DNA from: a virus
Lineage: Duplodnaviria > Caudoviricetes
Strand: one strand, 5' to 3'
IMG/VR virus record: IMGVR_UViG_3300037631_006005
Location: 1-44,065 of that record
Length of the DNA stretch: 44,065 nucleotides
Positions 8,283 to 18,563 of the stretch are shown here, piece by piece. Numbering within the stretch: the first letter of the stretch is position 1; every line of letters starts with the position of its first letter. Made by a program: the position numbers and the translations under genes. The notes below the pieces were generated by a model. It saw nothing but the letters and a program-made list of their open reading frames with translations, was not told the origin of the DNA and did not search any database.

Positions 8283-11039
8283 ATGGCTCAAAGAACTATC
8301 ACCTCACCAGGTGTTGAAATAAGAGAATCGGATTTATCTCTTATTGCACCACAGAATATAGGTACAAATTTTTATATTACAGGATTTGCTCAGCAAGGTC
8401 CATTGGATGAAGTTTTAAAAATTACTACTAAGCAAGAGTTGGACCAGGTATTTGGTACTCCTACTAATTCAGCAGAAAGGTATTTTTACTACTCTATAAG
8501 TGAAATGCTTAATTCTCCAGGAAATGTTTATGCATCCAGACTTCCTTACGGTCCTGGTACCGGTGACGGGTTCGGAGCTAAATATTCTGCTCTAGTTTAT
8601 CCAGTCAGATCAGTTACTAACCCAGCTACAGCGGGTGGCACTTTAAGTGGTTATGATATAACTTTCAAATATCCCAATGCTGCAGCTTCAACAAATGCCC
8701 TTTCTGGTTCTACATTTACCTTTAGAAGCACAACTGGTGCTTTATCCACAGTAGGCTTTACTAAATTTGGAACATCTGACGCAGACTCAACTACTGGTGG
8801 ATATGCTACTGCCCCTAATATACTAATTACGATTGATACCGCTTCTGTATCTAAAACAGCAGCAGCTACTGCAGCTATAGAGGACATCCAAGCTGCCATC
8901 GATGCAGCTCCAGATGCTCAAAACTATGGTACAATCACTAGTGATGGTGCCACGATAACCATTCCAGTTAGTTCTGTTGATTCTGGAGGATCGGCTACAT
9001 CTACTCCAGGTAAGATCTTCCCTTACAGTAATAACGCGGATAACTCGTTTACTATAAGCGGTCTTACTGATTTAGCAACCGACCAAATAGTTACTACAGA
9101 CTTAGATGTGTTATCAGGTACATACGTATTAGGAGAGCCTACCCACCTTGAACTAACTCAAAACGAGTATTTTACTGCTATAGAAGGTTCTGCCTTTAAT
9201 TGGTCGGCAACTGCAGGTGCTAAAGATTCCTTCACTGATATAAGTACTATTGGAGGAGCTGGTTTAGTTGTACTTAATAAAGCTCAAACAACTATTAATA
9301 GCCAGTTTGAAGGTTACTACTTAGGTATAGCTGATAATACAAACATTAATCCAGACTCTAATTTCGATTCTATTATAGACATAAAGTCTGTTGATAAAGA
9401 TCTTGCTTCAACTACCGATTACACAACTATACCTTCCGGTATTTTACAATTCAGTTTATCGGCAACTCCACGTGGTACACAAAATACTGTATCTGAAGTA
9501 ATGGAAAATCTTACAGATTATAACATTGACGGTAGAGAAGATGATGATGTTCTTAACATTGGTGTATTTAAACTCCGTAAATCAATCTACGCTAATGAAG
9601 CATTTAAGCTTGATTATGTTCTTGAAGAAGGAATTGTTGGATCTGCTAACTATCAGAGACAGCAACTTAATTCTAACGGAGGTCCTAACATACCGTTCTT
9701 CCTCGAAACACGCGATAGTCGTTCAAGAAACGTTGAAATATTAGTTAATCCGTATATTTCAAACTACTTTAGTGGTACAGATGCTCTTGTAGATGGTAAG
9801 CCTATAAAGAAGTTAAGAGTTAATACTACTCAGTTAGAGAGTGTTGATTCTGAAATATCTGGTATTGATACTGCTAGATTTACAGAGCTTAACACGCAGT
9901 TAGGTAAAGCTGAAAATCTTTACGCTGCCGGAGCTTTTGTTAATAATAAGATAAAAGATAAGCTCTTAGGTGATATACCAACTAAATTAGATAGAGCATT
10001 AGCAGGAATTAGTAATGATGAAATATATGATATTGACGTTGTTGTTGAAGGTGGTCTAGGTACCGTTTATGCAGCCGCTTCCGCTGCCGAGACAAAATAC
10101 TATGATGAATACGATACTAGCGCTAAGTTAATAGGTGCAGTTGATGGTTTGCGCACTAGTAATGATATTGTTAATGACGCAAGAGATTTAAGAAACAATT
10201 ACTCCACAATCTTTAATAAGTTTGAACAGTTCTGCTCACCACCATACTTAGGAGGTGGTAGAGGAGATTGTATGTTTGTAGGAGATGTATTACGTCATAT
10301 TCTCATAATGGGAGAGAAGTCAAGAGTTCTCGATAACAAAGCGAGAAACTTCCAAAAAGACGTATACTGGCCGATTCGCCACCAGTTTGAGAATGAAAAT
10401 ACATCGTATGCAGCGGTTTACGCACAATGGCCGTTAGTTTATGATAATTATTCTGGTCGTCAAATCTTCATTCCATTCTCAGGATTTGCTGCAGCTGCAA
10501 TGGCTAGAACAGATGCTGCAAACTTCCCATGGTTTGCTCCAGCAGGATTTACTAGAGGATTAGTTCAATTCGCTAACGATCTTGCAGTTAATCCTAACCA
10601 GAAGCAAAGAGATGAACTTTATAAGGCTAACATTAACCCGGTAGCAAACTTCCCTAACCAAGGACAAGTTATATTCGGTCAAAAGACACTTAGTAAGAAG
10701 CCAAGTGCATTTGATAGAATTAACGTTAGAAGGTTGTTCTTAACACTCGAAAGGCCTACTAAGAAAGCTTCTAGGTTCTTCGTATTTGAACAAAATACTG
10801 AGTTTACTCGACAGAGACTTATTAATACTTTAACCCCACTATTCGAAAAAGCTAAAAACAACGAAGGTATTTACGATTACTTGATTGTTTGCGATGAAAG
10901 AAATAACACACCAGAGGTTATTGACGCAAATGAATTAGTAGTAGATATTTACATTAAGCCGGTTAGAACTGCTGAGTTTATCTTAGTTAACTTCTACGCT
11001 ACAAGAACTGATGCAAACTTCGAAGAAATTATCGGTTAA
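8283..11039 (+). CDS. gp18: Tail sheath protein, T4 gp18-like, with large insertion domains
   Basis: SPGVEIRESDLS, WFAPAGFTRG, RDELYKANINPV, FGQKTL, SAFDRINVRRLF and IYIKPVRTAEFILVNF. Confidence 0.97.
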   Translation: MAQRTITSPGVEIRESDLSLIAPQNIGTNFYITGFAQQGPLDEVLKITTKQELDQVFGTPTNSAERYFYYSISEMLNSPGNVYASRLPYGPGTGDGFGAKYSALVYPVRSVTNPATAGGTLSGYDITFKYPNAAASTNALSGSTFTFRSTTGALSTVGFTKFGTSDADSTTGGYATAPNILITIDTASVSKTAAATAAIEDIQAAIDAAPDAQNYGTITSDGATITIPVSSVDSGGSATSTPGKIFPYSNNADNSFTISGLTDLATDQIVTTDLDVLSGTYVLGEPTHLELTQNEYFTAIEGSAFNWSATAGAKDSFTDISTIGGAGLVVLNKAQTTINSQFEGYYLGIADNTNINPDSNFDSIIDIKSVDKDLASTTDYTTIPSGILQFSLSATPRGTQNTVSEVMENLTDYNIDGREDDDVLNIGVFKLRKSIYANEAFKLDYVLEEGIVGSANYQRQQLNSNGGPNIPFFLETRDSRSRNVEILVNPYISNYFSGTDALVDGKPIKKLRVNTTQLESVDSEISGIDTARFTELNTQLGKAENLYAAGAFVNNKIKDKLLGDIPTKLDRALAGISNDEIYDIDVVVEGGLGTVYAAASAAETKYYDEYDTSAKLIGAVDGLRTSNDIVNDARDLRNNYSTIFNKFEQFCSPPYLGGGRGDCMFVGDVLRHILIMGEKSRVLDNKARNFQKDVYWPIRHQFENENTSYAAVYAQWPLVYDNYSGRQIFIPFSGFAAAAMARTDAANFPWFAPAGFTRGLVQFANDLAVNPNQKQRDELYKANINPVANFPNQGQVIFGQKTLSKKPSAFDRINVRRLFLTLERPTKKASRFFVFEQNTEFTRQRLINTLTPLFEKAKNNEGIYDYLIVCDERNNTPEVIDANELVVDIYIKPVRTAEFILVNFYATRTDANFEEIIG

Positions 11040-11064
11040 TACAAAATAACTATTAAATAATATT

Positions 11065-11598
11065 ATGGCAACTACAATTCAAAACTTCTTCTCAAGAGCA
11101 GCAGATAAGCAATTTTCAAGAGACTTTTTATTCAGGGTTAAGCAAATTGACATTGAGGGTGTATCCCTCGATGGTGATTCTGATTTAGTTTATGCTAAAA
11201 CAGCTGCATTACCAGGTAGAAATATTGAAAATAAACAAGTAAACTATTACGGTCAAACGTTTAACATACCCGGTAAGTCTACTTATCCAGGTTCAGAAGC
11301 TTATACAATTGAGTTCTTTCATGATGAACAGAATGAATTGAGAACTAAATTTGAAGAAGCTTCGCGAGCTGTATTTGATAACGAAACTTCTACTGGCCAG
11401 TACGGTATACCTGGAGAGGGCGATCTTATTACTTTAGAGGTGATAGATAAAGATTTAGCTCCAGTTCAAACGATACAGCTAGTAGGCGCATCTATAAGAG
11501 ATATCAATCCAATTGATTATACTATAGCTGATGGTACAGGCGAAGTATTAAGTACAACTGTTACATTTTCATATCATTTCTATAAAAACTTTAGTTAA
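11065..11598 (+). CDS. gp19: Tail tube protein, gp19-like
   Basis: Follows the sheath gene. Motifs AKTAALPGR, YYGQTFNIPG and TVTFSYHF. Confidence 0.8.
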   Translation: MATTIQNFFSRAADKQFSRDFLFRVKQIDIEGVSLDGDSDLVYAKTAALPGRNIENKQVNYYGQTFNIPGKSTYPGSEAYTIEFFHDEQNELRTKFEEASRAVFDNETSTGQYGIPGEGDLITLEVIDKDLAPVQTIQLVGASIRDINPIDYTIADGTGEVLSTTVTFSYHFYKNFS

Positions 11599-11629
11599 GG
11601 GTAGCAAAACTCGACCATAAATATATTAT

Positions 11630-12223
11630 ATGGCCGGCGAGTCTAATACCTTTCTTAACGCGTTTAGCGAGAATCCTAACTTTTTTGTATCGCACCCCTT
11701 TCTTTGGAAGGTTAGTTTAGATGCTGGAAATGTTATGGGTGCTATTAATACTGCGCTTCAAAAAGCTAATGAAACCTGGACTGCTACAGTACAATCATCA
11801 GACTTTACAAGAAATGGTACTTTATTAGTTGCGAGGCAGATGACTATTCCTCAAGAATCAAGTGAGTTTACACCTATAGGCGTTGACAATCGTGGTGGAT
11901 TCTTACCTGGTTATGGGTTAACTCAAAGAACAGACTTCCTATCTAGATCGTTTAGTTTAAATGTTTTAGAGACAGGCGCTGATATAGAGCATCAATTCTT
12001 TAGACCATGGCTTATAGCGCTAGGTATTGATGGTCTAACAAATTTTAAATTAAAATGTGATATTACTGTTAACCAATATAATAGTGATGGCACGAAAAGA
12101 AAAGGTTATGTGTTCGAGCAAGCTTTTCCTACCGCGGTAGAGGGTTATACTTTAAGTTACAACGATGGAGATTTTATGGAAAAATCAGTAACTTTCGCTT
12201 GTAAAAATTATAGACAGACGTAA
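11630..12223 (+). CDS. Tube-fold protein, probably baseplate tail tube initiator (gp54-like)
   Basis: FFRPWLIA, YVFEQAFPTAV and SVTFAC; a tube paralog by pattern and position. Confidence 0.6.
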   Translation: MAGESNTFLNAFSENPNFFVSHPFLWKVSLDAGNVMGAINTALQKANETWTATVQSSDFTRNGTLLVARQMTIPQESSEFTPIGVDNRGGFLPGYGLTQRTDFLSRSFSLNVLETGADIEHQFFRPWLIALGIDGLTNFKLKCDITVNQYNSDGTKRKGYVFEQAFPTAVEGYTLSYNDGDFMEKSVTFACKNYRQT

Positions 12224-12230
12224 TTAATAT

Positions 12231-12983
12231 ATGTTAGGATTAGTTCTTCCTACTTCTAAATCAGTTCTTTTAAAAACTCTTACAATTGAGAACTGTAAGG
12301 AGCTCTACTATATTCAAGATAATATAGACGCTGTTATATCGTATCTTGATAATCTCTTTTATACACCGGATCTAAATATATTGGAGAAGTTATATTGTAT
12401 TTTACATATTAGAGACTTATGCGTAGGTAACGTTGTTGAGTTAAGAGATTATAGTTTTGATGTAATAGAAATACAAAACGAATTATTAGAGATTGCTGAT
12501 ATTAGAGAGGTCTTAACATTTAATGATAATACTATCACTTTAAACTACCCTAAGACTTTTATATCAACTACTTTTTACGAAGGTCACTTTATAGAAACTA
12601 TAATATTAGATGGGGAAACTATTGACTTTTGTAGTTTAAGCTCTACAGAGCAGGATTTAATTTTTAATTATTTACCTTTAGAGATAAAAACAAAAATAAC
12701 TGAGTTTTATAAAACTCATATTTCAAAACTTGAGATAAATTTTACGTTGAGAGGTGATAATATTAAGCTAATCTTATATGATTCATTTTTCATAAATTTC
12801 TTAGCTACAATGTTGAGCCCTATTGATATTCGTACCTATAGGGATTATATGTTTATTTTAAGTGAAAGAATGCATGATATTACATTTTTACAGAAAAGTA
12901 CATTCTTAGATATAAGAGACTATATGGATCTTTATGTTAAAGAAAATAAAGAAAGAAATGATGAGATGAAGAAGAAGAGTTGA
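12231..12983 (+). CDS. Baseplate hub assembly protein (gp26-like with gp51-like C-terminus)
   Basis: ITLNYP and LIFNYLP resemble gp26. The C-terminal YRDYMFILSERMH...IRDYMDLYVKENKERN resembles gp51. Confidence 0.5.
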   Translation: MLGLVLPTSKSVLLKTLTIENCKELYYIQDNIDAVISYLDNLFYTPDLNILEKLYCILHIRDLCVGNVVELRDYSFDVIEIQNELLEIADIREVLTFNDNTITLNYPKTFISTTFYEGHFIETIILDGETIDFCSLSSTEQDLIFNYLPLEIKTKITEFYKTHISKLEINFTLRGDNIKLILYDSFFINFLATMLSPIDIRTYRDYMFILSERMHDITFLQKSTFLDIRDYMDLYVKENKERNDEMKKKS

Positions 12984-13012
12984 AAAAGTAGGACATTGCA
13001 ATAAATAAATTT

Positions 13013-13744
13013 ATGTCACAAATTTCAAGCGGCCTTCTTAAAAAGTTAAAAGATATTGAAACTAATTTAAAGCTTCCTATTACATCAGGGGAGGTGGTAT
13101 TAAAAACGTTAACTTTAAAACAGCAGAAAAATTTACTTAGTACAGCTGTAACGGGTATTAAAGGAGCTATTGAATTTAAGAAAGTTTTAAATGATATTAT
13201 TTTAGAAAATGCGGATACTGATAAAATTTTTACAGTTGATAGATCTAAAATAGTACTACATTTAAGAAGACGATCACTTGGTAGTGAAGTTAGTATTGAT
13301 GGTGATATTTATAATGTTGATAAATATATCGATAAAATAGATAAAGTTAAAAAATCATTCGATATGGAGGGTGGAGCCAAAGAAGGTAAAGTTGAACTTA
13401 AGTTTAAAATACCAACATTAAAAGAAGAGAATAGTATTATTAGCAAATGCTTAGCAGAATTAAATAAAGGTAAAGCTGAGCCCGAGGCGGATAAAGCTTT
13501 TGGATTGATTTACATTTACGAGCTAATAAAGTATATTGATTCAGTTAGCGTGGGTGATGAGACGGCGTTATTTGATGATCTTAAAATAGCTGAAAGAGTA
13601 GAAATAATTGAAAATTTACCACTTACTGTATATAAGCAGCTAGCTACATTCTTTAAAGCATTCACATCATACGAGACTGAAATATTAACTTTCGATGAAA
13701 AAACTATAGCTATAGAACCTACCTTTTTTGATACATCCAATTAA
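13013..13744 (+). CDS. Baseplate hub assembly protein, gp26-like
   Basis: LPITSGEVVLKTLTLKQQKNLL, LHLRRRSLG, LKFKIPTL and IIENLP. Confidence 0.7.
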   Translation: MSQISSGLLKKLKDIETNLKLPITSGEVVLKTLTLKQQKNLLSTAVTGIKGAIEFKKVLNDIILENADTDKIFTVDRSKIVLHLRRRSLGSEVSIDGDIYNVDKYIDKIDKVKKSFDMEGGAKEGKVELKFKIPTLKEENSIISKCLAELNKGKAEPEADKAFGLIYIYELIKYIDSVSVGDETALFDDLKIAERVEIIENLPLTVYKQLATFFKAFTSYETEILTFDEKTIAIEPTFFDTSN

Positions 13745-13753
13745 ATATTGTAG

Positions 13754-16018
13754 ATGGCAGGGATTGTAAGTGAGTTATTTAGCGATAATGATGAATCAGA
13801 ATCTGAAAAAGTATCTAAAAATGTAATTGAGTCAGATGCTACCACTTTTGGTAAAAAGAAGGGAAAAAAGTCTACCTTATCATCTTCAGAAAAAAAGAAA
13901 ACTACTTCTATAGCTGATATTTTTGTTGACGCGTTTTTCGATAAGGAGAAATCGCAAAAAAAAGATACTTCGCTAGCAACTAAAGTATCATCAAAATTTG
14001 GAGGGGACACCCCAGCTTCTGAATCACGTAAAACGGTGGGTAAAGGTAAAAAACCTAAGTCGAAAGGTCTTTTAGGTAAGTTAAAAGAAGGGGCCGGAGG
14101 AGCCGCTGGTGGTATAGCTGCAGCTGCAGCAGCATTAGCTCTATTGGTAGGAGTAGGTCCTATACCAGGAGTTCTACAAAACTTGGCTAATATAGAATGG
14201 AGTAGTATAGGTAAAGCTTTCATAATTTTAGGGGGATTAGTTATAGTGGGTAAGTTTATGGAAGAGGGCTCGAAAGGTATACTCATAGCTGCAGCAGCAT
14301 TAGCTATACTTGTTGGAGTAGGTCCTATACCAGGTGTTCTACAAAACATGGCTGAAATAGAGTGGGGTATGATAGCTAAAGGTTTCGTAATTTTAGGAGG
14401 ATTAGCTATAGTGGGTAAGTTGATGAAAAAAGGCTCGTTTGGTATACTTATAGCTGCAGCTGCATTAGCTATACTTGTAGGGGTAGGTCCTATACCAGGC
14501 GTCCTTCAAAACATGGCTGATATAGAGTGGGGAACAGTTGCCAAAGCATTAATAATTTTAGGTGGTATAGCACTTGCAGGTAAGTTCATGAAATCTGGAG
14601 CAGTAGGTTTAATACTTGGAGCCGCGGCGCTGACGTTAATGGTACATGGTGCCTTAATACCTCTACAGGACATAGAATGGAGTACGATAGGTAAAGCTAT
14701 AGTGGGTATACTAGCATTAGGAGCAGTTGCAGCCCTTGCAGGGTTAGTAGCGGGTCCTATAGCGTTAGGAGCACTTGCTCTAGGTTTATTAGGTCTAGCT
14801 TTAATACCTATTTCGTACTCGTTAATGCAATTTCAGGAATTAGAATGGTCGACGCTCGGTAAAGCCTTTGTAGGGTTACTGGTATTAGGAGCTGTAGGAG
14901 CTATTTTAGGTATAGTTTCGCCGTTTATAATATTAGGTGCATTCGCTCTAGGTCTATTGGGATTAGCTCTTATACCTCTAGCTTACGGTATTTCTTTGAT
15001 AGTACCGGGATTTGAGTCCTTTATGCCCATGATAGAAAAGCTTAGTAAGATTGATGCTATGCAGATGTTACTCTTGGGCCCTGCTCTTTTAGGTATATCA
15101 GCAGGTCTAGTAGCGTTGGCAGCCGGTGATCTTGTCGGTAAAGTCTTAGATACTTTTGGAAAACTTTTTGGTGGTGAAGGTCCTCTCGATAAGCTAATTA
15201 AATTAGGTAACGTTGCTGAACCTATTCTAAAGCTTGGGGATAGTTTAGATTCTTTAGGTGAAATTGATTTAGATGATTTAAAAATTTCTGGTGATCCGGA
15301 GGTTGCTGTAGATGGTGTAGATATGATTACCAATGCAGTATATAGGCTACTAAATGCACAACAGAAAGCAGTTGGGAATTTTAAGCAAATGTTTAGTGGT
15401 CCTCCCTCAAGCGGTCCAAGCATTTTCGACAAGCTCTTCGGTCTCGGTAAGAGTAAAAAGGAAAAGAGCAAAGAAGGTGGAGCAAGTGGAGATGTAAAAA
15501 CTTGCTGTTGTGATTATAAAGCCGAGAGATCAGGTGACAGTGAAGATGAAAAACTGAGAAGCGAGATCATCAAAGAGTTTAATGAAATACCCGAGGAACA
15601 AGATTCTGGAAGTGTCTTCTTACCCGGCTTCATGAGTAAACTAATGGGAGCACCGTCAAAAGTTGCTTCACCGAATGAGTCTTCAAGAGGGCCGTCGGGA
15701 GTTGTTTCTCCGGAGTTTTCTAGACCGGAAGCTGTCGATGTTCCAACTCCTGGTAAAAAGGATCCGTTTAAAAAAATAACACAAGTTGTTGAGGCCTTAC
15801 AGGTTCAGGTACAAACTTTAGCCGGTTATAGTAGACTAACATCTGATAATACAGGTAAAACAGTTGAGGCTATTAAAAATATAAAAATTGGTAATAGTTC
15901 TGCCGCGGCCCCAGCTCAAAGCGCCCCTCAGGAAAGTTCAACTACCCCAGAATCTATAGTAAATTCTAGAACAGACTATGCTTTATCACCTTATAGCTTA
16001 AACGTATCGAGTGCGTAA
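13754..16018 (+). CDS. Tape measure protein
   Basis: A/G/L-rich helical repeats with periodic Trp, placed after the hub chaperones and before the baseplate genes. Confidence 0.75.
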   Translation: MAGIVSELFSDNDESESEKVSKNVIESDATTFGKKKGKKSTLSSSEKKKTTSIADIFVDAFFDKEKSQKKDTSLATKVSSKFGGDTPASESRKTVGKGKKPKSKGLLGKLKEGAGGAAGGIAAAAAALALLVGVGPIPGVLQNLANIEWSSIGKAFIILGGLVIVGKFMEEGSKGILIAAAALAILVGVGPIPGVLQNMAEIEWGMIAKGFVILGGLAIVGKLMKKGSFGILIAAAALAILVGVGPIPGVLQNMADIEWGTVAKALIILGGIALAGKFMKSGAVGLILGAAALTLMVHGALIPLQDIEWSTIGKAIVGILALGAVAALAGLVAGPIALGALALGLLGLALIPISYSLMQFQELEWSTLGKAFVGLLVLGAVGAILGIVSPFIILGAFALGLLGLALIPLAYGISLIVPGFESFMPMIEKLSKIDAMQMLLLGPALLGISAGLVALAAGDLVGKVLDTFGKLFGGEGPLDKLIKLGNVAEPILKLGDSLDSLGEIDLDDLKISGDPEVAVDGVDMITNAVYRLLNAQQKAVGNFKQMFSGPPSSGPSIFDKLFGLGKSKKEKSKEGGASGDVKTCCCDYKAERSGDSEDEKLRSEIIKEFNEIPEEQDSGSVFLPGFMSKLMGAPSKVASPNESSRGPSGVVSPEFSRPEAVDVPTPGKKDPFKKITQVVEALQVQVQTLAGYSRLTSDNTGKTVEAIKNIKIGNSSAAAPAQSAPQESSTTPESIVNSRTDYALSPYSLNVSSA
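14110..14990 (+). repeat. Tandem ~55-aa (165-nt) repeats in the tape measure protein
   Basis: GGTCCTATACC occurs at 14156, 14321 and 14486. EW anchors fall at about 14195, 14360, 14525, 14675 and 14843. Confidence 0.9.
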
Positions 16019-16032
16019 CTATAAATATAAGT

Positions 16033-16815
16033 ATGAGTAGGAATATCCTTTTAAACGGTTCATGGACTTCTTCACCACCTGGGTCTAGTTTAAGAAAAGA
16101 GGCTCCAAAAGTGAGGGTTGTACCTTATAAATTAGATGCAACACAACTCGAAAGCACGATTGAAGGCTTTGTTTCTGTTCCAAAGGAACTTGCAGGTGGT
16201 TCATCGTTTTATAATAGTTTATATAAAGCGCAAAAGTCTGGTAAAGCGTTTGTATTTCCTTTCTTTAACAACGAGTTTAGAAACTTTTCAAGTGAATTTG
16301 CTGATACTCTATCTAACATTACGGATAGGGGTACAGTATCAGTTAGTCAGATGGTAAATGAATTCACTGGTGAGGCAACAGGTGTAGGTGCGCAGGTTGC
16401 TGATTTTATAGCAAATCTTAAAGGTGTTAGTGGAGGTCCTAGCACAGGAACATATATTGAAACTCCTAAATTTTATCAATTTGCTAACAATGATCAAGCT
16501 CTTAGTTTTTCTTTTCCTCTTTTAAATACTGTATCCGAGGGGGACGCGGCAACAAATACTGCTTTTATTAAAGAGTTTACTGAATTGAATAGGCCGAGAA
16601 GAGAGAGTGCTGTTAGTATGAACTTTCCCCATATTTATAAGGTAAAGGTACCGGGGTTAAGATTTATAAGATGGGCCTATTGTGAAAATCTAAGTTTTAG
16701 TATGTTAGGTCAAAGGAGACTAATAAATAAAAAGATGGTACCAGAGGCATATATGTGTAGTATGTCATTTAAATCTCTTACTGTTGAAGTTGCAAACTTC
16801 CTGGATAAGATATAA
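16033..16815 (+). CDS. Baseplate tail tube cap-like protein (gp48-like)
   Basis: YIETPKFYQF...LSFSFPLLNT, PHIYKV and MSFKSL; position follows the tape measure gene. Confidence 0.5.
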   Translation: MSRNILLNGSWTSSPPGSSLRKEAPKVRVVPYKLDATQLESTIEGFVSVPKELAGGSSFYNSLYKAQKSGKAFVFPFFNNEFRNFSSEFADTLSNITDRGTVSVSQMVNEFTGEATGVGAQVADFIANLKGVSGGPSTGTYIETPKFYQFANNDQALSFSFPLLNTVSEGDAATNTAFIKEFTELNRPRRESAVSMNFPHIYKVKVPGLRFIRWAYCENLSFSMLGQRRLINKKMVPEAYMCSMSFKSLTVEVANFLDKI

Positions 16816-16827
16816 AAGATTAAAAAC

Positions 16828-17238
16828 ATGAAATCAATTACAGGCAAATTAGGTAAATACCAAGACGATATTCCAGCTCTATCGAGTCTAGATATTGTCG
16901 ACTATGAAAGAATTTTCAAAGTTCATACTGCTAATAGTGAAGGTAAGCAATTCTATTTTTATAATATTTTAAATAAAATAGAGTTTCCCGAAAATATAGA
17001 TTCTGATATTTTAGGCTTATACACCGCCAAATCTAAAGAGCCTCTAACTACAACATCGTATACTCTATATAATGATATAAAGAGTTGGTGGATAATTTAC
17101 CTGCTAAATAAAAATGTACTTAAAACTCAGTTTTTTGTGGAGGGGGGTCAACAACTTAAGTATATATTACCTCAGTTTAGAAGCTTTATCTATTCGCAGA
17201 TAACTTCCACAACAGTATATGATAACCAACACTTTTAA
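16828..17238 (+). CDS. Baseplate wedge protein, gp53-like (LysM-like)
   Basis: EPLTTTSYTLYNDIKSWWIIYLLN...GGQQLKY. Confidence 0.75.
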   Translation: MKSITGKLGKYQDDIPALSSLDIVDYERIFKVHTANSEGKQFYFYNILNKIEFPENIDSDILGLYTAKSKEPLTTTSYTLYNDIKSWWIIYLLNKNVLKTQFFVEGGQQLKYILPQFRSFIYSQITSTTVYDNQHF

Positions 17239-18563
17239 TGTCTGAAAAATTTGTCATAAATGGAGCTCCGTTTGAATGTGAGTTTCAACTTAAGGATGAT
17301 AAAGGTGAGGTAAAAGGTGACTTTACCAAATCTTCTATCAAACTATTAGATTTAAGTGAAAATTACTTAGAACCTTTTACGAATGGTACAATTGTCATTA
17401 ACAACCCTTACGATTTTATTGAAAATCTTATGTTAACAAGGGGTGATGGTAGGGATGTTTTTACATTTTCCCTTAAGCCGGAGAAAGGGGGTGAAAAATT
17501 AGAGTATAATTTTGTGTTAGATGGGGAAGATAATAGTGTTGGTAAGCAAGATAGAGCTGGTAACTATAAGATATTTACTTTGTTAGATGAGAACTTCTTT
17601 AAGCTTAACGAAAATATACCGTATGGTAAGAGATTTAGAGGAGCTACAGGTGATATTATAAAGAGTATCCTCAAAGACGTAATAAGTGAAGAAATAGTTG
17701 ATGAGGAAAATTTCGAGGCAGGGGATAATGTAATAGATGTATTTCCGGAGCATATAATACCATCAGACTCTTTTAGATATTCTGACCTAATAAAATACTT
17801 ACTACGTGTATCTTATAAAAAGGAAAAAGGGTTAAATGTAAGATCCTTTTTAACTTTTGATAGAAGTGAAAAAAAATATAAGTTACAGACTCTATCTAAA
17901 CTTTTTGAGAAAAATAAAGATGAAGTAACTGAAGCTTTTGCTGCTAATGATTTAGTAGATAAAATAAATTCAAATAAAAATAATCCACCACCTGACGCGC
18001 CAGTAAACTTATATTCAACGGCTTTGCCGATGACAAACCTTACAACTCCAATGCTAACTTATAGCAACGAATTTTTTATGAACTATAAAGCAGTAGGGTT
18101 TGATCCGATTTTGGGTGAGCATGCAATACGTGAAAAAAGAATTAAGGACATTAAAGAATTGTGGAAGAAAAATTTTGTGGATGTATTTAAAAGTGAGGGT
18201 GGTAAACCTAAACCTTTTTTACCCCTCAATAACCAAAAGAAAGAAAATTTATTTAGAACTATAAGTACCCCATTTTCTGTTGATAAGTCTGCAAATATTG
18301 CAGAAGCAGAAATGTCATCAAATTTAATATTTTATAACTTATGTTTATCTATTGATGTATTAGGTGATACAAAGCGTCAAGCTGGTAAGTTTATAGATAT
18401 ATATAGAACTGCTGAGCAAGTAGATTCGGATAAAAAATTATTAGGACGGTGGTTAGTTACTAAATGTAGACATAGATTTTACGGAGACACCTATAAGAAC
18501 TTTATGCAGTGTGTTAAAACTTATGTAGGGCCAGATGTTAACTTAGATGATGATATTGACTAA
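17238..18563 (+). CDS. Baseplate hub protein (gp27/GpD-like)
   Basis: LSENYLEPFTNGTIVI at the N-terminus and VLGDTKRQAGKFIDI...GRWLVTKCRHRF at the C-terminus. Confidence 0.65.
   Translation: MSEKFVINGAPFECEFQLKDDKGEVKGDFTKSSIKLLDLSENYLEPFTNGTIVINNPYDFIENLMLTRGDGRDVFTFSLKPEKGGEKLEYNFVLDGEDNSVGKQDRAGNYKIFTLLDENFFKLNENIPYGKRFRGATGDIIKSILKDVISEEIVDEENFEAGDNVIDVFPEHIIPSDSFRYSDLIKYLLRVSYKKEKGLNVRSFLTFDRSEKKYKLQTLSKLFEKNKDEVTEAFAANDLVDKINSNKNNPPPDAPVNLYSTALPMTNLTTPMLTYSNEFFMNYKAVGFDPILGEHAIREKRIKDIKELWKKNFVDVFKSEGGKPKPFLPLNNQKKENLFRTISTPFSVDKSANIAEAEMSSNLIFYNLCLSIDVLGDTKRQAGKFIDIYRTAEQVDSDKKLLGRWLVTKCRHRFYGDTYKNFMQCVKTYVGPDVNLDDDID

Noticed and set aside
14110-14990. CRISPR array
   Set aside because: The repeats are in-frame coding units with synonymous variation and no unique spacers.
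13741-15471. Antisense ORFs of 202 aa and 162 aa, and other short shadow ORFs in the track (for example 524..802, 1839..2042, 8651..8899, 18793..19092, 36915..37178)
   Set aside because: They overlap well-supported genes, lack the promoter signature and are explained by codon bias or repeats on the coding strand.
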